Source of the DNA: Actinomycetota bacterium
GTDB taxonomy: Bacteria > Actinomycetota > Acidimicrobiia > IMCC26256 > PALSA-555
Direction of reading: 5' to 3'
DNA: 46,447 nucleotides
Assembly: GCA_016870245.1 (NCBI GenBank)
Contig: VGCA01000003.1
Span: 1-46,447 of the forward strand
Numbering within the stretch: position 1 is the stretch's first letter; each line of letters starts with the position of its first letter. The position numbers were made by a program, and so were the translations under genes. This document shows, piece by piece, positions 22,339 to 34,741 of the stretch. The notes below the pieces were generated by a model. The model was given only the letters and a program-made list of their open reading frames with translations, was not told the DNA's origin and did not search any database.

Positions 22339-23538
22339 ATGAGTGACGACATCTGGATCATCGGCACGGCGATGACGCCGATCCGCCGCCACCTCGACCG
22401 CGACGTCCTCGACCTCGCCGTCGAGGCGAGCCTCGGCGCGCTCGACGACGCCGGCGTGACGATGCGCGACATGCAGGTGATGGCGGTCGGGAGCCAGTTC
22501 GAGCCGTTCACGTTCGGCCAGGACGTGCAGAAGCAGATCGGCCAGACGGGGATCCCCCTCTACAACGTGCACAACGCGTGCGCGACGGGCGCCACGGCGG
22601 TGCGGTCCGTGCTCATGGAGATCCGGGCCGGTGAGGCCGACATGGGCCTCGCGCTCGGGGTCGAGAAGATGACGGGCAGCTCGCCGCCGTACCGCATGAC
22701 CCCGCCCAAGGCCGGGAAGGTGTTCGAGCCCGAGGGCCGCGACGGCCACGTGCTGGCGACCGAGGGCGTGCTCGGGACCGGGCAGATGTTCGGCGTGTTC
22801 GCTCAGACGGGCACCGACTACGCGCGCCGCCACGGCGGCGTGGGCTTCGAGCAGTTCGCCAAGGTGGCCGAGAAGAACCATGCGCACTCGACGCTGAACC
22901 AGCTCGCCCAGTACCAGCGGCCGTACAGCCTCGACGAGATCATGAACGCCGAGATGCTCGCCTACCCCAACACGCTGCCGATGTCCTGCCCCACCGGCGA
23001 CGGCGCCGCCGCGGTGGTGCTGGTGTCCGACGCCAAGCTCCGCTCCCTCGACCCCGACGTGCGCCGACGTGCCGTGAAGATCTCCGCGGCGGTCATGACC
23101 ACCGACCCCTACGACCCCAGCGGCTTCGCCCACCCCGACGTCAACACCCTCACCCGCAACGCCGCCGACCGGGCCTACGAGCAGGCCGGCATCGGGCCCG
23201 AGGACCTCGACCTCGTCGAGCTGCACGACTGCTTCGCCACCGCCGAGCTCGTCCACTACGACAACCTGCGCCTGTGCGCGCCGGGTGGCGCCGGGGAGTG
23301 GATCGACCGCCGGGCCCCGTGGCGCGACGGCGAGCTCCCCGTCAACGTGAGCGGCGGGCTCATCTCCAAGGGCCACCCGATCGGCGCCACCGGCGTGGCC
23401 AACCTCTACGAGGTGGCCACGCACCTGCGGGGCGAGGCCGGCGACCGCCAGATCGAGGGCGCCCGCGTGGGCCTCACCCACGTGATCGGGCTCGGCTCGG
23501 TGTGCGTCGTGCACATCCTCGAGCGCGCCGCGTCCTGA
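22339..23538 (+). CDS. thiolase-family (SCPx/Ltp-like) protein
   Basis: NACATG, DGAAA, VELHDCF and GGLISKGHPIGATG motifs. Confidence 0.92.
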   Translation: MSDDIWIIGTAMTPIRRHLDRDVLDLAVEASLGALDDAGVTMRDMQVMAVGSQFEPFTFGQDVQKQIGQTGIPLYNVHNACATGATAVRSVLMEIRAGEADMGLALGVEKMTGSSPPYRMTPPKAGKVFEPEGRDGHVLATEGVLGTGQMFGVFAQTGTDYARRHGGVGFEQFAKVAEKNHAHSTLNQLAQYQRPYSLDEIMNAEMLAYPNTLPMSCPTGDGAAAVVLVSDAKLRSLDPDVRRRAVKISAAVMTTDPYDPSGFAHPDVNTLTRNAADRAYEQAGIGPEDLDLVELHDCFATAELVHYDNLRLCAPGGAGEWIDRRAPWRDGELPVNVSGGLISKGHPIGATGVANLYEVATHLRGEAGDRQIEGARVGLTHVIGLGSVCVVHILERAAS

Positions 23539-23549
23539 GCCCCGGACCG

Positions 23550-24596
23550 ATGGCATCACCCCCGGACCGCGCCGCGGTCGCGGCCGAGCCCCGTCGGCGC
23601 AACCTCTCGCCGTGGGCGTCGTGGTCGCTGCACCTGCGCGCGGTGGTCGACGAGGACCCCTGCCCCGACGCGGCGGACGCGGTGCCCGCGTGGCGCGAGC
23701 GGGTGCGGGCGCGTCTCGCCGAGATGCTCGGGTCCCCGCCGCCGACCGCGCCGCTCGACCCGGAGGTCACCGACGAGGTCGACGCCGGCGACCACGTGCG
23801 CCGGCGGATCCTCTACGACGTGGAGCCGACGATGTCGGTGCCGGCCTACCTGCTCGTCCCGAAGGCGCGCGTCGCCGGGCCCCCGGGCCCGGCCGTGCTC
23901 GCGGTCCACGGCCACGGACCCGGCAAGGAGATGATCTGCGGCCTCACCGGCCCCGCGCAGGAGCACTACGCCCTCCAGCTGGTGCGGCTCGGGTACGTGG
24001 TGCTCGCCCCCGACCTCCGTTGCTTCGGGGAGCGCCAGGACCCGCAGTGGTCACCCGAGGTGCACAAGTACGACTGCGACTGGAACCTGGTCGCCGCGAC
24101 CATGGCCGGCGCGGTCCCGCTCGCCCAGAACCTCTGGGATCTGCAGCGCAGCGTCGACCTGCTGGTCGCACACCCCCTCGTCGACCCCGCTCGGATCGCG
24201 GTGGCCGGCCTCTCCTACGGCGCGACGATGTCGCTGTTCCTCGCCGCGACCGACGACCGGATCGGCGCCGCGATCGTGTCGGGCTACCTGTCGAGCTGGC
24301 GGGCGGCGCACTCGGTGCCGTGGAACCTGTGCGGCTCGCAGGTGCTGCCGGGCCAGCTCGGGCGGCTCGAGCACCTCGACGTCGCGTCGCTGGTCGCGCC
24401 GCGACCGATCCTGGTGGAGTCGGGCACCGACGATCTGTTGTTCCCGGTCGACGCGGCGCGCGCGACGGTCGCGTCGCTGCGGCGGGTGTATGCCGCGCTC
24501 GGCGCCGACCCCGACCGCGTCGAGCACGACGTGTTCGAGGGCGGACACCGGTGGCACGGCACGCGCACGGAGGCGTTCCTCGAGACCGCTTGGTAG
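23550..24596 (+). CDS. alpha/beta hydrolase (dienelactone hydrolase/acetylxylan esterase-like)
   Basis: HGHG, GLSYG nucleophile elbow and C-terminal GGH. Confidence 0.85.
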   Translation: MASPPDRAAVAAEPRRRNLSPWASWSLHLRAVVDEDPCPDAADAVPAWRERVRARLAEMLGSPPPTAPLDPEVTDEVDAGDHVRRRILYDVEPTMSVPAYLLVPKARVAGPPGPAVLAVHGHGPGKEMICGLTGPAQEHYALQLVRLGYVVLAPDLRCFGERQDPQWSPEVHKYDCDWNLVAATMAGAVPLAQNLWDLQRSVDLLVAHPLVDPARIAVAGLSYGATMSLFLAATDDRIGAAIVSGYLSSWRAAHSVPWNLCGSQVLPGQLGRLEHLDVASLVAPRPILVESGTDDLLFPVDAARATVASLRRVYAALGADPDRVEHDVFEGGHRWHGTRTEAFLETAW

Positions 24597-24607
24597 GTTC
24601 CGCCGCC

Positions 24608-25975
24608 ATGGCGCCGCGCATCGTGTTCGTCGGTGGTGGGTCCTACCAGTGGACCCCCAAGCTCCTGCTCGACATCGCCGACACCCCGAGCCTCGCCGAG
24701 GCGGAGATCGTCATCGAGGACATCGACCCCCGGCCGATCCCCGACCTCGTCGACTTCGTCCATCACATCGCCCGCGTGCGCGGGGTGGGACTCCGCGCCA
24801 CCGGCACGACCGATCAGCGCGCCGCGCTCGAGGGCGCCGATCACGTCGTCGTGTGCATCTCGACCGGCGCGTTGGACTCGATGCAGCACGACCTCGCGAT
24901 CCCCGAGCGCTACGGCATCCGGCAGTCGGTGGGCGACACCGTCGGGCCCGGTGGGATCATGCGGGGCCTGCGCAACATCCCGGTGATGCTCGGCATCGCC
25001 CGCGACATGGAGGACATCTGTCCCGACGCGTGGCTGCTCAACCTCACCAACCCCATGACCACGCTCACGCGAGCAGTCCTCCGCGAGACGTCGGTGACCG
25101 CCATCGGCCTGTGCCACGAGGTGACCATCGCGCTCTACACCCTGTCGCAGATCCTCGGCTGCGACCCGCGCGCGATGGACCCGACCGTCGCCGGGGTCAA
25201 CCACCTGCCCTTCATCACCGCCCTCGACGTCGACGGCGAGGACGGCCTCGCCTTGCTGCGCGACGTGCTGAGCGACCCCGACGCACGGGCCCGCCCCCTC
25301 GCGATCCGCGGCATCACCGGACACGAAGCGGTGAGCGCCGGCGGGTCGTTCACCGTCGGCTCGCTGCTCGCGTCGAACCGCGTGAAGGTCGAGCTGTTCG
25401 AACGTTTCGGTGTGCTCCCCGCGGCCGGCGACCGTCACCTCGTCGAGTTCTTCCCCGGGTTCCTCACCGAGGAGAGCGACTGGGGCGCCCGCTGGGGCGT
25501 GCACCTCACGAGCGTCGACGACCGGCGCCAGTGGCTCGCCCACTTCGTGCGCGAGTTCGATCGACTCCGCGGCACCGATGACATCCCCCGCGAGCCGAGC
25601 GGCGAGATGGTGGCCGCGATCGTCGACTCCCGCCTGCGCGACCGGGCGCGGGAGGTCCCGCTCAACATCGCCAACCACGGGCAGGTCCCCGACCTCCCCG
25701 CCGACGTCGTGGTCGAGAGCATGGTGACCGTCGACGCGCGCGGGACCCGCGGTCGCGACGTCACGCCGCTCCCGACGGTGCTCACCGAGCAGGTCCGCCG
25801 CGTCAGCGCCGCGCAGGAGCTCGTCGTCGAGGCGGCCGTGTCCGGCGACCGGGCCCTGGTCCGCGACGCGCTGCTCCTCGACCCCCTCGCCGGGCGCATC
25901 GACTACGACGCCCTCGGGCGCATGGCCGACGACCTGCTCGACGCCACCGCGGCCTGGCTCCCCCAGTTCGCCTGA
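24608..25975 (+). CDS. glycoside hydrolase family 4 (NAD+/metal-dependent)
   Basis: VFVGGGS, GDTVGPGG, TNPM, GLCHE and GVNH motifs. Confidence 0.9.
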   Translation: MAPRIVFVGGGSYQWTPKLLLDIADTPSLAEAEIVIEDIDPRPIPDLVDFVHHIARVRGVGLRATGTTDQRAALEGADHVVVCISTGALDSMQHDLAIPERYGIRQSVGDTVGPGGIMRGLRNIPVMLGIARDMEDICPDAWLLNLTNPMTTLTRAVLRETSVTAIGLCHEVTIALYTLSQILGCDPRAMDPTVAGVNHLPFITALDVDGEDGLALLRDVLSDPDARARPLAIRGITGHEAVSAGGSFTVGSLLASNRVKVELFERFGVLPAAGDRHLVEFFPGFLTEESDWGARWGVHLTSVDDRRQWLAHFVREFDRLRGTDDIPREPSGEMVAAIVDSRLRDRAREVPLNIANHGQVPDLPADVVVESMVTVDARGTRGRDVTPLPTVLTEQVRRVSAAQELVVEAAVSGDRALVRDALLLDPLAGRIDYDALGRMADDLLDATAAWLPQFA

Positions 25976-26132
25976 GCCGCCGCCCTGCGGCGGGGCGACC
26001 GGCGCGGGATGCGGGCGCACGCACACCGGGTGCCCGCCGGGGGCTCGCCTTGAATGTCCCCGACATCCGGGCCAACATGACGGGCACGTCAGATTCACGT
26101 CGGTCGAGCCGACCGTGACGAAGGGACCTCCC

Positions 26133-27290
26133 ATGGGGATCAACGGCTGGCGCGCCGCCGACAGCGACCTGCACGTGATGGAGCCCGCCGATCTGTGGCA
26201 GCGGTACATGGAGCCCGAGTGGGCCCACGCCGCGCCGATCGGCACCACCGAGATGGTGCGCGACATGCGGGTGCGGGTGAAGAACCACACGATGCTGCGC
26301 ATGGGCCGGGCCCGCCCGCGCGCCGGTGCCGTCACCGCGTGGTCGAAGGAGCAGGACAACGTCTACGCGCGCGCCGAGGCGGCCGGCTGGGATCCCGCGT
26401 CGCAGATCCAGGCGATGGACGACGAGGGCCTCGATGTCGCGGTGCTGTTCCCCAGCCGCGGCCTGTTCGTGCTCGGCCTCGACAGCGTCGAGCAGATGGG
26501 CGCCGACGGGCTCGAGGGTGACTACGCCGCCGCCATCGCGCGCGCGTACAACAACTGGATGGCCGACTTCGTGAAGGAGGACCCGAAGCGGATGTTCGGC
26601 GCCGGCCTCATCGCGCCGCACGACCCGAAGCTCGCGGCCGACGAGGTGAAGCGCTGCGTGGAGGAGCTGGGCTTCGTCACGGTCATGCTCCACCCGGGCC
26701 ACGTGAACCGCCGCCCGTGGCACCACCCCGAGTACGACCAGATCTGGGCCGCCTGCGAGCGCCTCGACATCCCCATCAGCTTCCACGGTGGCGGGCAGAC
26801 GTACCTGCGTCCCGACTACTCGATGGAGGTGTTCGACAAGCTGATGATGTGGCACGTCTTCAACCAGCCGCTCGGCATCCAGGCGGTGCTCACCGCGTTC
26901 ACGAGCGGCGGCGTGATCCACCGACACCCCGGTCTGCGGGCCGCGCTGCTCGAGGGCAACTGCGGCTGGGCGCCGTGGTTCGTGCAGCGCCTCGACGAGC
27001 ACTGGGAGTGGGTCGGCGCCATGGACGCGCCCGAGCTCGACCGGCCGCCGTCGGAGTACTTCCTGTCGAACTGCTTCCTCGGCGTGGAGGCCGACGAGGA
27101 CACCGTGAAGTACTACGTCGACGCGTTCGGCGACGACAACCTCGTGTTCTCCACCGACTACCCGCACGGCGACTCGAAGTTCCCCGACGCGCTGAAGGCG
27201 TTCCTGAAGCTGCCGCTGTCCGACGAGTCGAAGCAGAAGATCCTCTGGGACAACTGGGTGCGGATGTACGGCATCGAGGTGGACGCATGA
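26133..27290 (+). CDS. amidohydrolase_2 family protein
   Basis: DSDLHVMEP, AYNNW, LEGNCGW and STDYPHGD motifs. Confidence 0.9.
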   Translation: MGINGWRAADSDLHVMEPADLWQRYMEPEWAHAAPIGTTEMVRDMRVRVKNHTMLRMGRARPRAGAVTAWSKEQDNVYARAEAAGWDPASQIQAMDDEGLDVAVLFPSRGLFVLGLDSVEQMGADGLEGDYAAAIARAYNNWMADFVKEDPKRMFGAGLIAPHDPKLAADEVKRCVEELGFVTVMLHPGHVNRRPWHHPEYDQIWAACERLDIPISFHGGGQTYLRPDYSMEVFDKLMMWHVFNQPLGIQAVLTAFTSGGVIHRHPGLRAALLEGNCGWAPWFVQRLDEHWEWVGAMDAPELDRPPSEYFLSNCFLGVEADEDTVKYYVDAFGDDNLVFSTDYPHGDSKFPDALKAFLKLPLSDESKQKILWDNWVRMYGIEVDA

Positions 27291-27661
27291 GCGAGGACCT
27301 GGCAGCCGCGGGCAAGGCGGTGCAGGAGCAGCTGTGGGGCCCGATGCCCGGCGGGGGTGGCGGCGGGTTCCCGGCGGCGCGCCTCGCGCCCGACTTCTTC
27401 CCGCTCGTGCAGCAGTTCGCGTTCGGCATGTTCTGGTCCCGTGACGCGCTGGCGGTGAAGCAGCGCAGCCTGGTGACCGTCTCGCAGCTCGCCGCCCTCG
27501 GGAAGACCGACGAGCTCAAGGCCCACCTGCGCGGCGCGCTCAACGTGGGCTGGACCAAGGAGGAGCTCGTGGAGGTCCTCATGCAGACCGCCGTGTACGC
27601 GGGCGTCCCCGCCGCGGTGAACGCGCTCGGCGCCGCCGCCGAGGTCCTCAACCCGGAGTAG
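27287..27661 (+). CDS. carboxymuconolactone decarboxylase family protein
   Basis: FG.FWSR..L..KQRSLVT, HLRGALNVG and YAGVPAA motifs. Confidence 0.88.
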   Translation: MSEDLAAAGKAVQEQLWGPMPGGGGGGFPAARLAPDFFPLVQQFAFGMFWSRDALAVKQRSLVTVSQLAALGKTDELKAHLRGALNVGWTKEELVEVLMQTAVYAGVPAAVNALGAAAEVLNPE

Positions 27662-27727
27662 CGCCGCGCTGCGACCCGCGACGCCGACCCGGGCGATGCG
27701 CAGGAGCCGCCGGGAGCCGACAGACCG

Positions 27728-29002
27728 CTACCCGATGCGGCGGGTGGGGATGACCGGGACGTCGACGTGCTCCGGCCGGTCGTCGGCGAGCGCGGCGGCC
27801 CGGCGGGAGTAACGCGCCGAGAAGGGGCCGGCGGTGAGACCGTGGAGCACGACGCTCGCGAGCACGGTCGCGGCGACCGCGCCGAGCACGATCTCGCCGC
27901 TGCCGTCCGCGCCCAGGTCGTCGAACGCGAGCAGGCCGAACACGACCGACGCGAGGCCCCGCGGGCCGAACCAACCCACGAACGCGACGGTGGACGGATG
28001 GAGCCGCGACCCGATGCAGGCGATCGCCACCGGGACCATCCGCACCACGGTCAGGCTCAGCACTGCGTAGACCACGGTGCCGGTCGGCGCCGCGTCGAGC
28101 ACGTCGATCAGGAACGCTCCGAACAGGAACCACAGCAGGAGCGACAGCAGCTCACCACCGAGCGCCACGAACGCCATCGACTGCTCCGCCCGCTCCGGCG
28201 CCTCACGGTTCACCGCACCGAAGGCGAGGCCCCCCGCGAACGCGGCCACGAACCCGTTGACGTCGAGCTCCCGCGCACCGGTGAACGCGAGCACCGCGAG
28301 GCCGAGGATCGCGATGGGCACGAACGACTCACCGGCCCAGCCGGTCCGGCGTTCCCGGCCGAGGAGCCAGCCGCCGGCCACGCCCACGGCCACCCCCACC
28401 AGCACCCCGACCACGAGGTCGACCACCGCCTCGCTCGCGTGCTGGTGCACCACGACCTGCGTCGCCTCCACGGCCCCGACGATGAAGAACGTCACGAACG
28501 GGGTGGCGAGGCCGTCGTTGAGCCCGCTCTCCACGTTGAGGGCCCGCCGGATGCGCACCGGCACCCGCTCGTCCTCGACCACCACCGCACCCAGCGCGGC
28601 GTCGGTGGGAGCCAGGGCGGCGCCGATGACCGCCGCCACCCAGGGGTCGAGGCTGGTGAAGCACAGGAGCGCGGCGGCGATGCCGAGGCCGATCGTGAGG
28701 GGCAGGCCGATGCCGAGCAGGCGACCCGGCACGCCGGCATCGCGGCGGAGGCTCCGGACGTTGACCCGGGCGGCGTCGGAGAACAGCACGAGCGCGAGCG
28801 CGAACTCGGCGATCTCGCGCACTGCCGAGCTCCCGGCACCCACGTGGGAGATCCCGAGGACCCCGATCATGACGACGCCCCACGCCACGAAGGCGAGGGG
28901 CGCCGTGATGTTCCATCTGGTGAGGCGGGCCGAGGCGAGACCCCACAGGACGAGGCCCGCGGCGAACACGCACGCCACGCCGAGACCGGAACCCGATTCC
29001 AC
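27728..29002 (-). CDS. cation:proton antiporter (CPA1/NhaP-like)
   Basis: LAPTDAALG, ESGLNDG and GWFGPRGLAS motifs. Confidence 0.92.
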   Translation of the reverse strand: MESGSGLGVACVFAAGLVLWGLASARLTRWNITAPLAFVAWGVVMIGVLGISHVGAGSSAVREIAEFALALVLFSDAARVNVRSLRRDAGVPGRLLGIGLPLTIGLGIAAALLCFTSLDPWVAAVIGAALAPTDAALGAVVVEDERVPVRIRRALNVESGLNDGLATPFVTFFIVGAVEATQVVVHQHASEAVVDLVVGVLVGVAVGVAGGWLLGRERRTGWAGESFVPIAILGLAVLAFTGARELDVNGFVAAFAGGLAFGAVNREAPERAEQSMAFVALGGELLSLLLWFLFGAFLIDVLDAAPTGTVVYAVLSLTVVRMVPVAIACIGSRLHPSTVAFVGWFGPRGLASVVFGLLAFDDLGADGSGEIVLGAVAATVLASVVLHGLTAGPFSARYSRRAAALADDRPEHVDVPVIPTRRIG

Positions 29003-29126
29003 GGATCCCGATCCTGACCGATCGACGACGCTCAGGGACGCATGGGCGGCCGGCGAGCGTCCCGCGCCGCACTCAGGGGCGTCGTTCGGTCGCCACGGAG
29101 GTCGGCGAGCGGCGCGCCCGGGACCG

Positions 29127-31703
<2,577 letters not shown>

Positions 31704-31741
31704 GCGCCTGAGTACCTCACGTCTGCCGGGAGTCGGTCAAG

Positions 31742-31773
31742 GTTGACAACGACATTGTCAACTTTCAGATTCC
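31742..31773 (-). promoter_or_regulatory. clpB promoter: SigR/SigH-type GGAAT-N18-GTTG overlapped by a HAIR-like palindrome
   Basis: GGAAT at 31773-31769 and GTTG at 31750-31747; GTTGACA-N7-TGTCAAC at 31742-31762. Confidence 0.75.
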
Positions 31774-31927
31774 CGCTTGCGTCGACATTTCGCGCGAGCC
31801 CGCGTACGGAGCGAAGCGACGGGAGCAGCGGAGCGAGCGCCCGCGGCGGGCCTTCACCTGCTGTGGCGAGAGCCCCGATCCGGAGTCGACGCCACCGATC
31901 GGCCCGCCGCAGCGAGCGCTGCCATCG

Positions 31928-33853
31928 TCATGAATCCGGGTCGAGCACGCGGTCCAGCACGGCGATGGGCTCGTGCTCCCAGATGCCCCAGCGGAGGTGG
32001 AACCGACGCAGCGGGGTGGGCGCCCACCAGTTGAGCCGCCCGGCGAGGCGCATGAACGCCGGCACGAGGGTGGCCCGGATCAAGAAGGCGTCGACGAGCA
32101 CGGCGAGGGTCACGCCCACGCCGAACAGCTTGAGGATGGCCACGTCGGAGGTGGCGATCCCGATGAACACGATGGCGAGCAGCCAGGCGGCGGCGGTCAC
32201 GATGCGACCCGTCTTGCCCAGGCCCACCCGGACCGACTCCTCGTTGTCGCGATCGAGGTCGTACTCCTCCTTGATCCGCGAGATGAGGAACACCTCGTAG
32301 TCCATCGAGAGCCCGAACGCGATGCAGAACATGAGCACCGGCATGAATGTGTCGATCGTGCCGGTGGGCTCGAACCCGAGGAGCCCGCTGAGGTTGCCGT
32401 CCTGGAAGATCCAGACCATCGCCCCGAACGTGGCAGTCAGGCTGAGGACGTTCATGACCAGCGCCTTCAACGGCACCAGCAGGCTGCCCGTCATCAGGAA
32501 GAGGAGGACGAACGTCGCGACCGCGACGACGATGAGCACCAGGGCGAGGCGCCCGAACACGGAGTCGCTGGTGTCGACGAGGCGCGCACTCGATCCGGTG
32601 ACGCCGAAGTCGAACGGCGCCGACAGGTCGCGGATGTCGTGGACCATCTGCTCGCCGTCGTCGGAGAAGGGCTCGACGTCGGGCACGACCGACATCCAGG
32701 TGCCCCGCCCCTCGTCGATGGGAGTGAACCGCTCCGTGGTGCGTTCGGGTCCGACGATCGCGGCCGGCACGATGAAGCGCTCGTCGTCGAACTGCTCGAC
32801 CCCCGGCAGCGTCGGGAGCACGGTTGCGAGCTCGTCGTCGGGGACCAGCCCGTAGGTCCCGGTGACCGCGTCGACCCGGGCCAGCACCAGGATCGAGACC
32901 AACGCGGCCAGACCGACCACCGCGACCCCGGCGAACGCGAAGGAGCGCAGGTACGGCATCGGGAACAGCACCAGGGCGGCGAGCGAGATCATCACCGTGC
33001 CCGCGCTGAACGCGACGGTCCGGCCGGCGGTCTGCATGGTGCGGCCGACCGCGACGAGCTGGCTCACGCCGCGGTCGAGCTCCTCGCGGTACCGGGAGAC
33101 GATGAAGAGGCTGTAGTCGATGGCGAGGCCGAGGCCGAGGGCCGTGGTGAGGTTGAGGGCGAACACCGACACGGTGGTCTGCCCGGCGAGGACGGTCAGC
33201 ACGACGAACGTGCCGAGGATCGCGAGCACGCCCACCACGAGGGGCAGGAACGCGGCGACCAGGCTGCCGAACACCAGGACCAGCGCGATGAACACCAGCG
33301 GGGCGGTCAGCAGCTCGGTCTTGTGCAGGTCCTTCTCGGCCCGGACGCTGATCTGCGCCTCGATGGGCGAGGCCCCGGTGACGGCGATGTCGACGGGACC
33401 ACGGCGACCGAAGTAGTCCTCGGTGAGCCGTTCGGCCACCTCGATGCGCTCGGTCTCGTCGCCGGCGAGGGCGGCGAGCACCAGCGCCTGCGAGCCGTCG
33501 GTGCTCTTCAGCGGTGGGGCGTCGATGCTCCAGTACGACTGGGCGAGGACGACGTCGTCTTCCCGGGCGAGCTCGGCCTCGATCTCCTCGGCCACCGCCA
33601 CCACTGCGGGATCGTCGACGTCGCCGTCCCGCGCGGTGACCACCAGCACGAAGTCGGGCTGGCGGGCCTGGACGAACTCGCGCAGCAGCTCGTCCTGGAC
33701 GACCACCGACTCCGACGCCGGATCCTCGGTGCCGCCGAGGCTCAGCTTGTCGGCGACGCCACCACCGACGACGGCACTTGCGACGGCGAGCACGGCAGTG
33801 GCGATGAGCACCCAGACACGGCGGGTGACGATGAAACGCGAGAGCTGGCGCAC
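31928..33853 (-). CDS. MMPL family transporter with an apparent in-frame internal deletion
   Basis: GLAIDYSLFIVSRYREE and FGLSMDYEVFLISRIKE motifs; abrupt VSILVL|ARVDAV join. Confidence 0.85.
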   Translation of the reverse strand: MRQLSRFIVTRRVWVLIATAVLAVASAVVGGGVADKLSLGGTEDPASESVVVQDELLREFVQARQPDFVLVVTARDGDVDDPAVVAVAEEIEAELAREDDVVLAQSYWSIDAPPLKSTDGSQALVLAALAGDETERIEVAERLTEDYFGRRGPVDIAVTGASPIEAQISVRAEKDLHKTELLTAPLVFIALVLVFGSLVAAFLPLVVGVLAILGTFVVLTVLAGQTTVSVFALNLTTALGLGLAIDYSLFIVSRYREELDRGVSQLVAVGRTMQTAGRTVAFSAGTVMISLAALVLFPMPYLRSFAFAGVAVVGLAALVSILVLARVDAVTGTYGLVPDDELATVLPTLPGVEQFDDERFIVPAAIVGPERTTERFTPIDEGRGTWMSVVPDVEPFSDDGEQMVHDIRDLSAPFDFGVTGSSARLVDTSDSVFGRLALVLIVVAVATFVLLFLMTGSLLVPLKALVMNVLSLTATFGAMVWIFQDGNLSGLLGFEPTGTIDTFMPVLMFCIAFGLSMDYEVFLISRIKEEYDLDRDNEESVRVGLGKTGRIVTAAAWLLAIVFIGIATSDVAILKLFGVGVTLAVLVDAFLIRATLVPAFMRLAGRLNWWAPTPLRRFHLRWGIWEHEPIAVLDRVLDPDS

Positions 33854-33874
33854 CTGAGTACGCTACGCCACGTC

Positions 33875-34327
33875 ATGAGTCGCCGTCGTGAACTCGCCCA
33901 GACGTTGCACGCCGTGCCCCTGTTCGCCAAGTGCACGCCGCGCGAGCTGCGCACCGTGGCCCGCTTCGTGGAGACCGCGCAGCTCCCCGCAGGGACGCAC
34001 CTCGTGCGCGAGGGTGAGGACGGTGACGCGCTGTTCGTCATCCTCGAGGGCGAGGCGGTCGTGAGGACCGGCGACCGCGTGCTCGCCCGCGTCGGCGAGG
34101 GCGACCACGTGGGCGAGCTGGCGCTCCTCGACGGCGAGCCGCGCGCGGCCGACGTCGTCGCCGAGACCGACGTGAAGATCGCCGTGCTCGGGATCCGCAT
34201 GTTCCGGACCCTCATCCGCGAGCTCCCCGACCTCGCCGAGCAGCTCCTCGCCGGGTTGGCGGGCGAGCTGCGGGCTGCCCGGGCCCGCGCCGACGGCCGC
34301 GTGCCGGAGCCCGCTGCCGAGGGCTGA
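33875..34327 (+). CDS. stand-alone cyclic nucleotide-binding domain protein
   Basis: VPLF, REGEDGD and GELALLDGEPRAADV motifs; no HTH. Confidence 0.88.
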   Translation: MSRRRELAQTLHAVPLFAKCTPRELRTVARFVETAQLPAGTHLVREGEDGDALFVILEGEAVVRTGDRVLARVGEGDHVGELALLDGEPRAADVVAETDVKIAVLGIRMFRTLIRELPDLAEQLLAGLAGELRAARARADGRVPEPAAEG

Positions 34328-34342
34328 GCCCGACACGGCCGG

Positions 34343-34741
34343 TCAGGCGCGGCGGCGAACCTGGACGACGGCCCGGGGGACGGGCACGAGGTCGCGACGG
34401 TGCTCCCGGTGGGCCTGCTGCACCGCCTCCACCAGGTCCTCGTGGGCCCGGTCGAGCGCCTGCTGCAGCTCCCGGATGCGGGCCTGGGCCCGGGCGAGGT
34501 CGTTCTCGAGGTCGATGATCTTGCGGACACCCACCAGGCTCACGCCCTCGTTGGTGAGCTCCTGGATCCGCCGCAGGAGCGCGATGTCCTTCTCGGAGTA
34601 TCGCCGGCTGCGGCCCTGCGTGCGCTGCGGCTCGATCAGGCCCTTGCGCTCGTAGATGCGCAGCGTCTGCGGGTGCACCCCGGCCAGCTCGGCGGCGACC
34701 GAGATGATGTACAGCGCGCGTTCGCTGTGCTCCATCGCCAT
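34343..34741 (-). CDS. hspR: heat-shock repressor HspR
   Basis: YIISVAAELAGVHPQTLRIYERKGL; last gene of the dnaK operon. Confidence 0.95.
   Translation of the reverse strand: MAMEHSERALYIISVAAELAGVHPQTLRIYERKGLIEPQRTQGRSRRYSEKDIALLRRIQELTNEGVSLVGVRKIIDLENDLARAQARIRELQQALDRAHEDLVEAVQQAHREHRRDLVPVPRAVVQVRRRA

Noticed and set aside
31790-31925. REP-like element between the MMPL gene and clpB (GGAGCGAAGCGAC/GGAGCGAGCG)
   Set aside because: Single degenerate copy in the window, so it cannot be supported as a repeat family
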